Assembly (NCBI GenBank): GCA_020160975.1
Contig: JAIUPJ010000001.1
Span: 810,001 to 842,000 of the forward strand
Origin: Candidatus Saccharimonadota bacterium
GTDB lineage: Bacteria; Patescibacteriota; Saccharimonadia; Saccharimonadales; Saccharimonadaceae
Length of the DNA: 32,000 nt
Reading direction: 5' to 3'
Within the stretch, counting starts at the first letter, position 1. Every line of letters starts with the position of its first letter. This document shows positions 10,769-19,403 of this stretch, piece after piece. A program made the translations under genes and the position numbers. The notes beneath the pieces are model-generated. The model was not told where the DNA came from. It searched no databases and worked only from the letters and a program-made list of their open reading frames with translations.

Positions 10769-11737
10769 TCAGATCTTTCTGGCAGCCAGCATCATCTTTT
10801 TTGCAGCTTTTTTTGCTTTGCTTAATCGCTCTTCAGGAGTCCCCGAGACTACGATATAGGGTACGCCAGTCTTTTTGATATGTGCGATAAACCATTTGTG
10901 CATACGGTGGCGAATATGCTCGCCATCGCGAATACCATCCTGTACAAATGGGATTTCGTCGCCAGTGATGATATACAGGTCAGCTTTGTCTTGCCTCGCA
11001 ATTTCTTTCATCTGCTTGGTTGTCTTGCCGATATATCGTCGCTGCCAGAGCTCCGTAGCGACAGCATTGGTATCACAAACGATGATTCCATTACTTCGGG
11101 CAGCGATTTCGTTTTCGTAAGCCTGCTGGAGTCGTCCGATACGATAGAAGTCACCGTCACACCACTTGTCATTTGTCGTCAAGATTGACTCAGTGTAGTA
11201 TCGCCCGACTTCAGGTACCCACGGCACATGAAGCGCCTCGGCGAGATCGCGCGCCAGGGTCGTTGTGCCGGTCGATTCGGCACCGGCAATCACGACACGG
11301 AGCGCCAGGCCTGACTTCACTGGGTCGCTCAAATACTGCCACGAAGCCAGGAGGTCTTCGCGAACTTTTGTGCCCGAAATCGGCACCGCCTCGCGAGCTT
11401 TGTCGACCACAATACTTCGCGCACCCATATAGTGTGCCCATGGTCCACCATAGTCTTCTGAACTAAACACGACATCTGGTTTGTAGCCGAGAAACTGCAT
11501 GGTATGAGCCGCCCAGGCAATCGAATCATCGTCGTTGTTGATATCGGGGATTATCTTGACCTGTGCATTTGGATGCCTGGCGCGGAGCCATGCTGCGCGC
11601 TTTTGGGCCGGGATGTGATACGCGGGATTATCAACCACCAGCACATCGACTTCATCGCTGTTTTTGAGTGCAGTATCAATCAGGTAGTGATGGCCGAGAT
11701 GGGGTGGATAAAATTTTCCGATGACTAGTCCACGCAT
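10769..11737 (-). CDS. nadR: NadR-type bifunctional protein: NMN adenylyltransferase domain plus an RNK-like domain with a degenerate P-loop
   Basis: 322 aa. The N-terminus has GKFYPPHLGH (HxGH) and ISGTKVRE. The C-terminal domain has GAESTGTTT where GxxxxGK[ST] is expected. Confidence 0.88.
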   Translation of the reverse strand: MRGLVIGKFYPPHLGHHYLIDTALKNSDEVDVLVVDNPAYHIPAQKRAAWLRARHPNAQVKIIPDINNDDDSIAWAAHTMQFLGYKPDVVFSSEDYGGPWAHYMGARSIVVDKAREAVPISGTKVREDLLASWQYLSDPVKSGLALRVVIAGAESTGTTTLARDLAEALHVPWVPEVGRYYTESILTTNDKWCDGDFYRIGRLQQAYENEIAARSNGIIVCDTNAVATELWQRRYIGKTTKQMKEIARQDKADLYIITGDEIPFVQDGIRDGEHIRHRMHKWFIAHIKKTGVPYIVVSGTPEERLSKAKKAAKKMMLAARKI

Positions 11738-12306
11738 GGCGATAACCTCACTTTCTTTATGTGATCTAATGCTTCACGGAGTCGTTGCTGCTGATTGGAG
11801 CTTTGTAGCACGACATAGGGGAGCTGGTATTGTTTACAGATATTGATCCAGTAGTTGTCGCTGCCTTCGCGCGCGCCTCCACCGGTGCGCAAGGTATCTG
11901 GTTCAAACGGGATGTTGCTGGGCGTGATGATGTAGAGATTTGAGCGCAGCTGTGCTGCATCTTCGATGAGTGGCTGTGGGCATGCGCCAAGCACGCTGCA
12001 CCAGTGAGGAAATTGCCAGTAGCCGACTGTTGAGAAGAGATCAGTATCTTGGATGATACAGCTGCCTTCTGCCATTGTCTGCAGGACCGTTTGTCCGCGC
12101 CAGATCGCCGTCATCGAATCGACGGTGACAACTCGCTTGGTGATCTCAAGGTAGGGGCGAGCGAATTCGTAGAGCCAGGTGGCATCGAGTTCTGCTGCGA
12201 GCTGACGTGTAAATGTGGTTTTGCCAGTTGACTCTGCGCCAAAGATCGTGATGCGCAACTGTTTAGTTGGTTGCAACGATAGGCTCTTTGCCGGTTGAGA
12301 GTTCAT
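11725..12306 (-). CDS. Standalone P-loop ATPase resembling the NadR ribosylnicotinamide-kinase domain
   Basis: The start was moved to the ATG at 12306, which is preceded by AAGGAG. It has an intact Walker A (GAESTGKTT) and a DTD Walker-B-like motif. It overlaps pnuC by 44 nt and nadR by 13 nt. Confidence 0.8.
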   Translation of the reverse strand: MNSQPAKSLSLQPTKQLRITIFGAESTGKTTFTRQLAAELDATWLYEFARPYLEITKRVVTVDSMTAIWRGQTVLQTMAEGSCIIQDTDLFSTVGYWQFPHWCSVLGACPQPLIEDAAQLRSNLYIITPSNIPFEPDTLRTGGGAREGSDNYWINICKQYQLPYVVLQSSNQQQRLREALDHIKKVRLSPCVD

Positions 12307-12985
12307 CTGTTTTCTCCTTACTTTGCTTCCAAGTAGTGTAGCCATAGACGGTATTTGCGAGGAAAAACACATACTGGAAGGCTACGAGTGGCAAGCCGAT
12401 TGTCCAGTAGGTATAGATGGCAAACACATTCACCACTGCCCAGACTGCCCAGTTTTCGAGCTTTTTGTTGTCGAGCAAGAACTGTGCGAGGATTGTGCCA
12501 GCGAGAATCACCGAGTCGGTCCAGGCCATCGCCCCACCGAATGATTTGCTGATGAGACTAGCCCCGAGATAGCCGAGCACAGCTACGAGGAGGTAGACAG
12601 GTGCCCATTTGAGCGCGACATGGTTGACTGGTCGCGTGTCGGCATCTTTGCGCCAGCGCAGCCAGCCGTAGATCAGTGCTGGTGCGAGATAGGCGTTGAG
12701 GATGGCACTCGATACCAGCCCACTTTGGATGAACAGCACGGCGTAGGCCGCAGATGAGAGCGCGCCGATCGGGTAGTTGATGCGCCGCTCGACCACACAC
12801 AAGTAGGTGCAGGCATATGATGTAAAGACCGCAAATACCTCGAGCCAGTTGAGGGTAGCTGGTGTCAACCAATGCAGGGCAATCCCAGTAATATACGACA
12901 GTGCGGTAAGCACAGCGCCGATAATGGTGCTTTCTATTAGGTGACGAGTGAGGGTGGCGCTCTTAGGGTTGAGTAGTTGTTTCAT
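12263..12985 (-). CDS. pnuC: PnuC-type nicotinamide riboside transporter
   Basis: The start was moved to the ATG at 12985, which is preceded by AAGGAG. The protein has about 7 TM helices and W-rich motifs (LRWRKD, WAVWAVVN) typical of PnuC. Confidence 0.82.
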   Translation of the reverse strand: MKQLLNPKSATLTRHLIESTIIGAVLTALSYITGIALHWLTPATLNWLEVFAVFTSYACTYLCVVERRINYPIGALSSAAYAVLFIQSGLVSSAILNAYLAPALIYGWLRWRKDADTRPVNHVALKWAPVYLLVAVLGYLGASLISKSFGGAMAWTDSVILAGTILAQFLLDNKKLENWAVWAVVNVFAIYTYWTIGLPLVAFQYVFFLANTVYGYTTWKQSKEKTDELSTGKEPIVATN

Positions 12986-13004
12986 AGTGACTCCTTCTGT
13001 ACTT

Positions 13005-13021
13005 ATTGTATATATTACACT
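13005..13021. promoter_or_regulatory. Operator candidate B1 (minus-strand reading AGTGTAATATATACAAT)
   Basis: It occupies the same position relative to pnuC as A1 does relative to pncA, between the -10 and the Shine-Dalgarno sequence. Confidence 0.5.
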
Positions 13022-13031
13022 TACTAAATTC

Positions 13032-13064
13032 AGCATAGCGCTATATAAGTGTATTGTCAACACT
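13032..13064 (-). promoter_or_regulatory. pnuC-operon promoter plus operator candidate B2
   Basis: On the minus strand: AGTGTTGACAATACACT (13064-13048) contains the -35 TTGACA (13060-13055), followed by a 17-nt spacer and the -10 TATGCT (13037-13032). The divergent + promoter TTTACA(13066-13071)-17-TATAGT(13089-13094) abuts the same site. Confidence 0.6.
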
Positions 13065-13154
13065 ATTTACAAAAAACTCATCAATCTATATAGTAGCCAA
13101 TAGAAAAGAGGAGCGCAGGCATGACACAGATTGATCGAAAGGAGCACCCCATAC

Positions 13155-14177
13155 ATGAGCAGGTTTGAGCGTACCGCATATCATTTATTACCAGCAATTG
13201 CCTATGGCGATGCGGCCGGACTACCGGTCGAAACACGGAGCGCAGAGTATATCGCGAACACTCACGGAACGATTGATCGTCTGCTACCGACAACAGAAAA
13301 CCCCTTTTATAAAGGGCTCTACGAAGCGGGTACTTGGAGTGATGACACCGAGCTATCAATCGCAGTCGCGAGGTCACTTATAAAAGCTAATGGATTTGAT
13401 ATGCGGGCAATTGCAGACGAGCATGTCACCATGTATGGTCAAGCCTTGCAGATTACGAAGCCAAATGGTCAAACGGTCGTGAGGGGATGGGGGCGCTCAA
13501 CAACGACCGCAGTGCAACGGTACATGGAAGGCGTGCCGATTGAACAGTGTGGGGCAAGAGACGGTGCCGGTAACGGTATCATCATGAAAATGGCGCCGCT
13601 TGCATTGTGGCATATCGCGCTTGAGACTGACCACGATGAGGTCTATCGAGATCTTGATAGTATAACTACCTTCACACACGGGTTACCAGTTGCTCGAGTT
13701 GCTTCGCGTGTGCATTTTGATATGCTTTCGTATCTGTCGACTCGTCGATTTGATGCGAGAGAGTTCACCGATTTCGCCTACTGGTCGGCGCTTGATCATC
13801 AGCGTGACGTGGAGGAATCGGGTACTGATGTGTCGCAGGCACTGAGCTATCTCATCGACTGTCCGCAGCCGACGACCCAAGACATTTTAGACCACACAGA
13901 TGGAAAAGGATTTTATGTACCGCAGACACTTGCGATGGCCTATGGAGCATTTATGGCGCATAATGGGCAGTTCGCGCCAAGTGTCTATGAGGCAGTTAAT
14001 TTGGGGGGAGATACCGATAGTACCGGTTCGATTGTGGCAGCGATGACGACCATCAAGGGCCTGGAGCCAAGAGACATTCCTCGCGATTTGACGAAAATTA
14101 TGAAGCTAGCTGAGCTGCAGCAGCTGTCGCAAAGCTTTGCTCGCTCTATCAAGACAGCACGCGCCAAAATTGATTAA
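13155..14177 (+). CDS. ADP-ribosylglycohydrolase family protein
   Basis: The start was moved to the ATG at 13155, with AAGGAG at 13139-13144. The motifs YGDAAGLPVE and GGDTDSTGSIVAAM are typical of the DraG/ARH fold. Confidence 0.85.
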   Translation: MSRFERTAYHLLPAIAYGDAAGLPVETRSAEYIANTHGTIDRLLPTTENPFYKGLYEAGTWSDDTELSIAVARSLIKANGFDMRAIADEHVTMYGQALQITKPNGQTVVRGWGRSTTTAVQRYMEGVPIEQCGARDGAGNGIIMKMAPLALWHIALETDHDEVYRDLDSITTFTHGLPVARVASRVHFDMLSYLSTRRFDAREFTDFAYWSALDHQRDVEESGTDVSQALSYLIDCPQPTTQDILDHTDGKGFYVPQTLAMAYGAFMAHNGQFAPSVYEAVNLGGDTDSTGSIVAAMTTIKGLEPRDIPRDLTKIMKLAELQQLSQSFARSIKTARAKID

Positions 14178-14188
14178 ATTTCAGAATA

Positions 14189-14866
14189 TCAATCAAAGCT
14201 ACGAGATAGCGCCTCGAGATTGTCGTTGTTGAAGGCGTACAACTTTGCGGGACGGTGCGCACCTTCGCGCCACATGTCTGGTGTCTCGTGGATGAGGCCG
14301 AGGCTTAAGAATTTTTTGCGGAAATTGCGTTTGTCGAGCAAGCGTCCCATAACCGCTTCATAGGTTGACTGCAATTGGCTTAGGGTGAATTTCTTCTCGA
14401 GCAGACCTTTTGCGGCATTGGTATAGGTCAGTTTCGCGGCCAGGCGCTCACGAGCGTAGTGAATAATCGACTCGTGATCGTAGGCAAGGTTAGGCAAGGT
14501 ATCAACAGGATGCCAGGCAACTTCTTGGGTTGCTTGCACTAGCTCGATAGCGCGGCCACACCCAACGTAGGTCACGCTTACTGCGTGGCCCCTCGGGTCA
14601 CGAGCGACCGTGTCAAATGTGTAGAGCTGCTCGAGGTAATTGAGATCGTTGTCTAAGTCGAGCCCGACTTTGCGCTTTGTCACCATAGCCAATGCTTCGA
14701 GTGTCGTACTCCCTTCGGCGCAGTAGCCTCCTGGCAGGGCCCAGTCACCCTTGAATGGCTCATCAGAGCGTTTCGTCAGCAACACATGCAGCTGTTCGCC
14801 AATCAATTGAAAAATAACCGCATCGACAGTGAGGGTAGGGGCTTTGTACGGGCTCGAATAATTCAT
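14189..14866 (-). CDS. nrtR: NrtR-like regulator: degenerate Nudix domain plus a C-terminal winged-helix domain
   Basis: The start was moved to the ATG at 14866. The Nudix box is degenerate (GGYCAEGSTTLEALAMVTKRKVG, with REUxEE lost). The C-terminus FTLSQLQSTYEAVMGRLLDKRNFRKKF...RPAKLYAF matches the NrtR DNA-binding domain pattern. Confidence 0.82.
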   Translation of the reverse strand: MNYSSPYKAPTLTVDAVIFQLIGEQLHVLLTKRSDEPFKGDWALPGGYCAEGSTTLEALAMVTKRKVGLDLDNDLNYLEQLYTFDTVARDPRGHAVSVTYVGCGRAIELVQATQEVAWHPVDTLPNLAYDHESIIHYARERLAAKLTYTNAAKGLLEKKFTLSQLQSTYEAVMGRLLDKRNFRKKFLSLGLIHETPDMWREGAHRPAKLYAFNNDNLEALSRSFD

Positions 14867-14872
14867 GTAGTG

Positions 14873-14910
14873 ATTGTAGCATAATTGATTAATCGTGTCA
14901 ATATTACACG
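14873..14910 (-). promoter_or_regulatory. nrtR promoter (leaderless type) with an embedded palindrome
   Basis: On the minus strand: CGTGTAATATTGACACG (14910-14894) contains TTGACA (14901-14896), followed by a 17-nt spacer and TACAAT (14878-14873). The ATG follows 6 nt later. Confidence 0.6.
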
Positions 14911-14957
14911 AAGCATGTAGATTGAGACGAAAAAGCAGATATGATATGGTAACATAC

Positions 14958-15716
14958 ATGAAATATATCAAAGCGAATACGCTCAGTTGTTTCTCGCCAC
15001 CCGTGATGATTGCAACATTTGTGATCGAAATCGCATTGGCACTGTACGTGAGTTGGCGCTATAAGTTTGATGAGGTGACGCGACTTACGGTTGCGATTTT
15101 GTTTTGCTTGGCCTTGTTTCAGCTAGCGGAATGGAATGTGTGTGAAGGCGCATTTGGTATCGATAGCCTCAGTTGGTCGCGACTCGGCTACGTGGCGATT
15201 ACGATGTTGCCGCCGCTTGGGTTTCATCTGGCTACAAAGCTAGCGGGTGATCGACGAACCGCGATGGTAGCGACAGGATACTTGGCTGCCGCTGGATTTG
15301 CGACATTCTTTGCGTTTACGGGCCATGGTTTGGTGTCGCAGATGTGTCTTGGTAATTATGTGATTTTCAAAACCGCACCCGCAGTAATTCCGCTCTACGC
15401 CGCGTATTACTATGGCTGGCTGATGCTTGGGACTGTCTACGCAGTGCGTCGAGCACGACAAATCAAGCAAGCCAATCGTGCTGCGGCGCTTCGTGCGCTT
15501 GCATGGGGCTATGTCGCATTTATTGCGCCGACAACACTCGCAAATATTGTTGATCCAAGCACGATCGCGGGCATCCCGTCTATCATGTGTGGTTTTGCAG
15601 TGCTGCTGGCGATTATTCTCGCTGGCGAGGTATTACCGCAGTATTATCGAAGACCAGTGCTCCGTTCGTACTTCTCGTTTAATTCATTTGGGTCGCATGG
15701 AAAAGCTTCTCAGTAA
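14958..15716 (+). CDS. Polytopic (~7 TM) membrane protein of unknown function. The start is uncertain (14946 or 14958).
   Basis: The protein is hydrophobic throughout. TTGAGA(14922-14927)-17-TATGGT(14945-14950) lies 7 nt before the ATG at 14958. The ORF-track start at 14895 lies over the nrtR promoter. Confidence 0.6.
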   Translation: MKYIKANTLSCFSPPVMIATFVIEIALALYVSWRYKFDEVTRLTVAILFCLALFQLAEWNVCEGAFGIDSLSWSRLGYVAITMLPPLGFHLATKLAGDRRTAMVATGYLAAAGFATFFAFTGHGLVSQMCLGNYVIFKTAPAVIPLYAAYYYGWLMLGTVYAVRRARQIKQANRAAALRALAWGYVAFIAPTTLANIVDPSTIAGIPSIMCGFAVLLAIILAGEVLPQYYRRPVLRSYFSFNSFGSHGKASQ

Positions 15717-16092
15717 CTTGCCTCGGCGCACGCGTCGGGCGTTAATTGCTGTGGCTGGTGGTGTGGTGCTTATCGTCGGGATTGTGATGATTCCATACCC
15801 AGGCCCGGGGTGGCTGGTGGTGTTTATGGGACTAGCTATCCTCGCACAAGAGTTTGCGTGGGCGAAACGAGCATTGCAGGTGGGCAAAGAGAAATACGAT
15901 GCCTGGAATAGTTGGATAAAGCGCCAGAACCTCTTTGTTCGGTCGTTGACATTTATTGCGACGGGACTCATCGTGATCGCAACGATTTGGTTTCTCAATG
16001 GCTATGGGCTCATCAACTCGTGGCTGCACCTGGGGTGGCCATGGTTACGCTCGCCATTGCCATGGTTTTCTGCGCTCCATATACTACGATAA
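15697..16092 (+). CDS. PGPGW-motif small membrane protein
   Basis: Start taken at the ATG at 15697 (MEKLLSNLPRR...). It contains IPYPGPGWLVVFMGLAILAQEFAWAKR, the PGPGW family signature. The upstream part of the ORF-track call overlaps the preceding gene. Confidence 0.72.
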   Translation: MEKLLSNLPRRTRRALIAVAGGVVLIVGIVMIPYPGPGWLVVFMGLAILAQEFAWAKRALQVGKEKYDAWNSWIKRQNLFVRSLTFIATGLIVIATIWFLNGYGLINSWLHLGWPWLRSPLPWFSALHILR

Positions 16093-16102
16093 GTAAAACA
16101 CT

Positions 16103-17914
16103 ATGCCTCGACGACGCAATGTAACACCAGAGAAGCTTTCGACACGCGACTACACACGCGCTTTACTGAAAGTTGCGGCGACGACCTACCGGGCGGCACC
16201 TTTAGCGGTAATTGTCCAAATTGTTGGTGCGTTTATAACTGCTATTTTGCCACTCGTCATAACTTATTTTGCCGCAGCGACTACGACGGCACTCGCAGAA
16301 GCTTATGCTGGCAAACCTGGCGCGGGTGATCGAGCCATCGAATACGTCATCATTACCGCGCTTGCAGGTATTGGTATGACAGCGTGGCAAAGTACTGAAC
16401 AGTACTTGTCTCAACTGATGAGATTCCGCGTTGAAACAGCAATGACAGATCGGCTGTATGAGCATTTTCTGCGTCTCGATTTTTGGCGTTATGATGACAA
16501 GGAGACAGTAGATCTCTATGACAAGGCCCGAAAATTTGGACAATTCTTCCCCTATATCTTTGAACGGCTGAGTGGGCTGGTGAGTGCGACGCTCGCAATG
16601 GTTGTGGGTGTCGGCGCACTCGTTCTTGTTAGCCCATGGATTGCGTTGGTCGCGCTTGGCGCAATTGTACCGGGTCTGTTTGTGCAGTTTCGACTGAGTC
16701 GTCTGCAGACACAGCACTGGAAGGACAATATCGAAACGCGCCGAACCGTGAGCTGGATCGAATGGGGCATGATGCGACCGGAGCGGATTGCGGAACTACG
16801 ACTGTACGGCCTCGTGCGTCATCTACTGAATCTTCGCTTGACGTTGCGTGAGAAGGATGAAAAAGCGCGCATCGATTTCGAAAGAAGTTTCACATGGAAG
16901 CGGTTGGGTGCTGATGCGATCGAAGCTGCAGCGGAAGTAATTGCGCTGGTTTGGGTGACACTACAGATCATTGCCCATACGCAGCCTATTGGACAGTTTC
17001 TATATATCCAACAGATTTTTAGTCGGGCAGTTAGCGGCTCCCGCCGTGTCGTGAGCGAACTTAATTCGCTCGACGAAGACATAGCGAACTTATTTGACTA
17101 CCAACGATTTATGGAGCTGCCAGAAAGTACTAGCAACGGAGCACAGTTAGAGGGTGCTCCTCAGCAGATAGTAGTTGATGATGTGTGTTATCGGTATACA
17201 AATGCGAAAAAAGATGTCCTAAAGGGAGTCTCCTTATCGATTGTCAGGGGGGAGCATGTCGTGATAGTTGGTGAGAATGGTGCAGGTAAATCGACACTCG
17301 TGAAGATTATCGTTGGCCTGTACCATCCCACGAAAGGCAGGGTATTGCTCGACGACCGACCATTGAAGGAGCTTGATATTATTTCGTGGCACAAGCAATT
17401 AGGCGTACTAAGTCAGGAATTTATCAGATATGATTTTGCAAATGCAAAAGATAATATTGTGTATGGTGATGTTTCTCGACCGATTGATGAAGTACAGTTG
17501 AAAAAAGCAATTCAAACCGCCGAAGCGGAGTTTCTGTATGATTTACCAAACGGTCTGGGCAGCTATGTCGATCAGTGGATGGAGGATGCCGAAGGGAATA
17601 AAGGCCAAGAACTTTCGGGCGGGCAATGGCAACGCTTGGCATTGGCGCGTAATTTCTATCGTGATAGCCCGATTATCATACTCGATGAACCGACAAGTGC
17701 TATTGATGCGCTGGCTGAGTCGAGGATTTTTAAACATTTATTCGATGAGCGCGACAAGACAATTATTACAGTCAGTCACCGCCTGAGTACAGTCAAGCGA
17801 GCAGACAAAATCTATCTACTCAAAGACGGTGAGATTGTGGAACAGGGATCATACGAAGAGCTGCTCGCGCGCGAAGGCGAATTCTATCGAATGTTTGAGA
17901 GCCAAATAAAGTAG
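16103..17914 (+). CDS. ABC exporter, fused permease and ATPase (MsbA-like architecture)
   Basis: 603 aa with an N-terminal 6-TM region, Walker A GENGAGKST, the signature LSGGQWQR and Walker B IIILDEPTS. Confidence 0.92.
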   Translation: MPRRRNVTPEKLSTRDYTRALLKVAATTYRAAPLAVIVQIVGAFITAILPLVITYFAAATTTALAEAYAGKPGAGDRAIEYVIITALAGIGMTAWQSTEQYLSQLMRFRVETAMTDRLYEHFLRLDFWRYDDKETVDLYDKARKFGQFFPYIFERLSGLVSATLAMVVGVGALVLVSPWIALVALGAIVPGLFVQFRLSRLQTQHWKDNIETRRTVSWIEWGMMRPERIAELRLYGLVRHLLNLRLTLREKDEKARIDFERSFTWKRLGADAIEAAAEVIALVWVTLQIIAHTQPIGQFLYIQQIFSRAVSGSRRVVSELNSLDEDIANLFDYQRFMELPESTSNGAQLEGAPQQIVVDDVCYRYTNAKKDVLKGVSLSIVRGEHVVIVGENGAGKSTLVKIIVGLYHPTKGRVLLDDRPLKELDIISWHKQLGVLSQEFIRYDFANAKDNIVYGDVSRPIDEVQLKKAIQTAEAEFLYDLPNGLGSYVDQWMEDAEGNKGQELSGGQWQRLALARNFYRDSPIIILDEPTSAIDALAESRIFKHLFDERDKTIITVSHRLSTVKRADKIYLLKDGEIVEQGSYEELLAREGEFYRMFESQIK

Positions 17915-17973
17915 CTGCTATACCAAAACACTCATGGTACAATCGAACTATAAGTAAATAATAAAGGAATAGT

Positions 17974-18363
17974 ATGAATCCAAATCAGATGCAACCTCAG
18001 CAACCAATGCAGCCAGCGCCTCCTGTGCAAGGGTATGCGGCTGAGGACCCAGGAAAGACAATGGGTATCATTAGCCTCGTACTCGGATTGCTCAACATCG
18101 GTCTCGTTGGACTAATCCTTGGTATCATGGCACGCAGCAAGTCAAAGGCGGCAGGCTATAATAACGGCGTTGCACTCGCAGGTATTATCGTGTCAGTTAT
18201 CACAATGATTGGTACGATTATCGCCGTTATCTCAATCGTCGCTCTGGGTGCATTTGGTTTTGCCGCACTTGATGCAAAGTGTAAAGAGCTTGGCCCTGGT
18301 ACGCATTATGAAGGATCGACAAGGATTACTTGCGGCGCTAATGGGTACGAAAGCAGCAACTAG
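17974..18363 (+). CDS. DUF4190-like membrane protein with a Q/P-rich N-terminus
   Basis: 129 aa. Two TM helices (GIISLVLGLLNIGLVGLILGI, GIIVSVITMIGTIIAVISIV), a Cys pair in the C-terminal tail, and a Shine-Dalgarno sequence (aaagga) upstream. Confidence 0.72.
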   Translation: MNPNQMQPQQPMQPAPPVQGYAAEDPGKTMGIISLVLGLLNIGLVGLILGIMARSKSKAAGYNNGVALAGIIVSVITMIGTIIAVISIVALGAFGFAALDAKCKELGPGTHYEGSTRITCGANGYESSN

Positions 18364-18382
18364 CCGCACTAATTTAACAACA

Positions 18383-18420
18383 AAAATACCCTCCAGAAAT
18401 CAGGAGGGTATTTTATTTGC
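18383..18420. terminator. Bidirectional intrinsic terminator between convergent genes
   Basis: aaaataccctcc-agaaatca-ggagggtatttt, with A and T runs on either side. Confidence 0.78.
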
Positions 18421-18428
18421 TGGAGAAA

Positions 18429-18752
18429 TTACCAGCTGCGTTGACGGAATGAATTTCCGCCGCGATCGCCACCACGGTTGCCACCGAAGTCGCCACGAGG
18501 CTTGTCGTCGCGTGGACGTGCAACGCTTACAGCGATTGCGCGACCATCGAGTTCTTTGCCGTTGAGCTGATCGATAGCTTTGTCGTTGTTGCTTTCGTCT
18601 TCGAATTCAACAAAACCAAAGCCTTTGCTGCGGCTTGTTTCACGGTCGGTGATAACATGTGCGCTCTTGACGGGACCAACGGTCTCGAAAAACGCTTTTA
18701 GGCTGTCGTCGGTTGTCGCGTATGCGAGGCTACCGATAAATAGATTTGCCAT
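18429..18752 (-). CDS. RRM-type RNA-binding protein with an RGG tail
   Basis: 107 aa with RNP-2 LFIGSL, RNP-1 KGFGFVEF, a C-terminal GGNRGGDRGG tail, and AAGGAG upstream. Confidence 0.9.
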   Translation of the reverse strand: MANLFIGSLAYATTDDSLKAFFETVGPVKSAHVITDRETSRSKGFGFVEFEDESNNDKAIDQLNGKELDGRAIAVSVARPRDDKPRGDFGGNRGGDRGGNSFRQRSW

Positions 18753-18892
18753 AGTACTATTCTTTCTCCTTTGTACTTACTGTCAGATCGACCATAGGGT
18801 GACGGAAGGTTGAAAGAATAGCGATACTCTTTTTCATTTGCGCGTGCACTTGTTCTGAACAGCTCTAGTTAAGCACATATATGCTTATTTGG

Positions 18893-19141
18893 CTAGAGGA
18901 AGTGTCGAATAACAGCGATAGTAGCAAAAACTGCAAAGCAGGTATTGATGATGGCTGGCTGCCAGACCTTTCGATAATACGAAATGGCGGCAACGCCAAT
19001 AGAGCCAAAGAGGTTGAGTAGGTGGTAAATTATGATGTCAGGAATGATACCCGTGGCGTAGAGGCCATAGCCGATGATAATGAGGGCAGCGCCAATCCAG
19101 CCAGCTATGTCGATGAGTTTGCTATGAGTGGGGGAGGCCAT
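18893..19141 (-). CDS. Small 3-TM membrane protein of unknown function
   Basis: 82 aa with three hydrophobic helices. On the minus strand, TATAAT (19154-19149) lies 7 nt before the ATG and there is no Shine-Dalgarno sequence. Confidence 0.68.
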   Translation of the reverse strand: MASPTHSKLIDIAGWIGAALIIIGYGLYATGIIPDIIIYHLLNLFGSIGVAAISYYRKVWQPAIINTCFAVFATIAVIRHFL

Positions 19142-19403
19142 TACTTATATTATACGACTTTGAGGCTGAGGTATGCCAACCTGCGATTCAAAACTTCCCA
19201 CTCTACACCTCCTTGCGTTCTGGTATCACTCACTGAGATACTGGGACTGCAGTTGCTTTACGGTACGTCGGAGAGGTTTTGAGACGTAAGTTACCACCTT
19301 GTGTTTTTTCATCCTGTGCAGCATAATAGTGCTTATGCTGGTACGCAACAGGGGCGCCTGTTGCTGGTACATAGAAAAACAAACATATCGCCTAGTGCCC
19401 CGG

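Noticed and set aside
15427-15696. N-terminal 90-aa extension of the PGPGW protein in the ORF track
   Set aside because: The extension overlaps the preceding membrane-protein gene in another frame and is Arg/Ser-rich with no hydrophobic pattern. The Met at 15697 gives a typical PGPGW-family length.
19160-19215. 18-codon upstream ORF on the minus strand (AAGGAGG, 6 nt, then GTG GGA AGT ... TAA), ending 4 nt before the 19141 start
   Set aside because: It is only a Shine-Dalgarno-like hexamer plus a short frame and it conflicts with the leaderless-type promoter at 19149-19154. It cannot be supported without conservation or ribosome-profiling data.
19022-19282. 86-aa + strand ORF overlapping the small membrane-protein gene
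   Set aside because: It lies antisense to a well-formed 3-TM ORF and extends into non-coding sequence. It has no start context.
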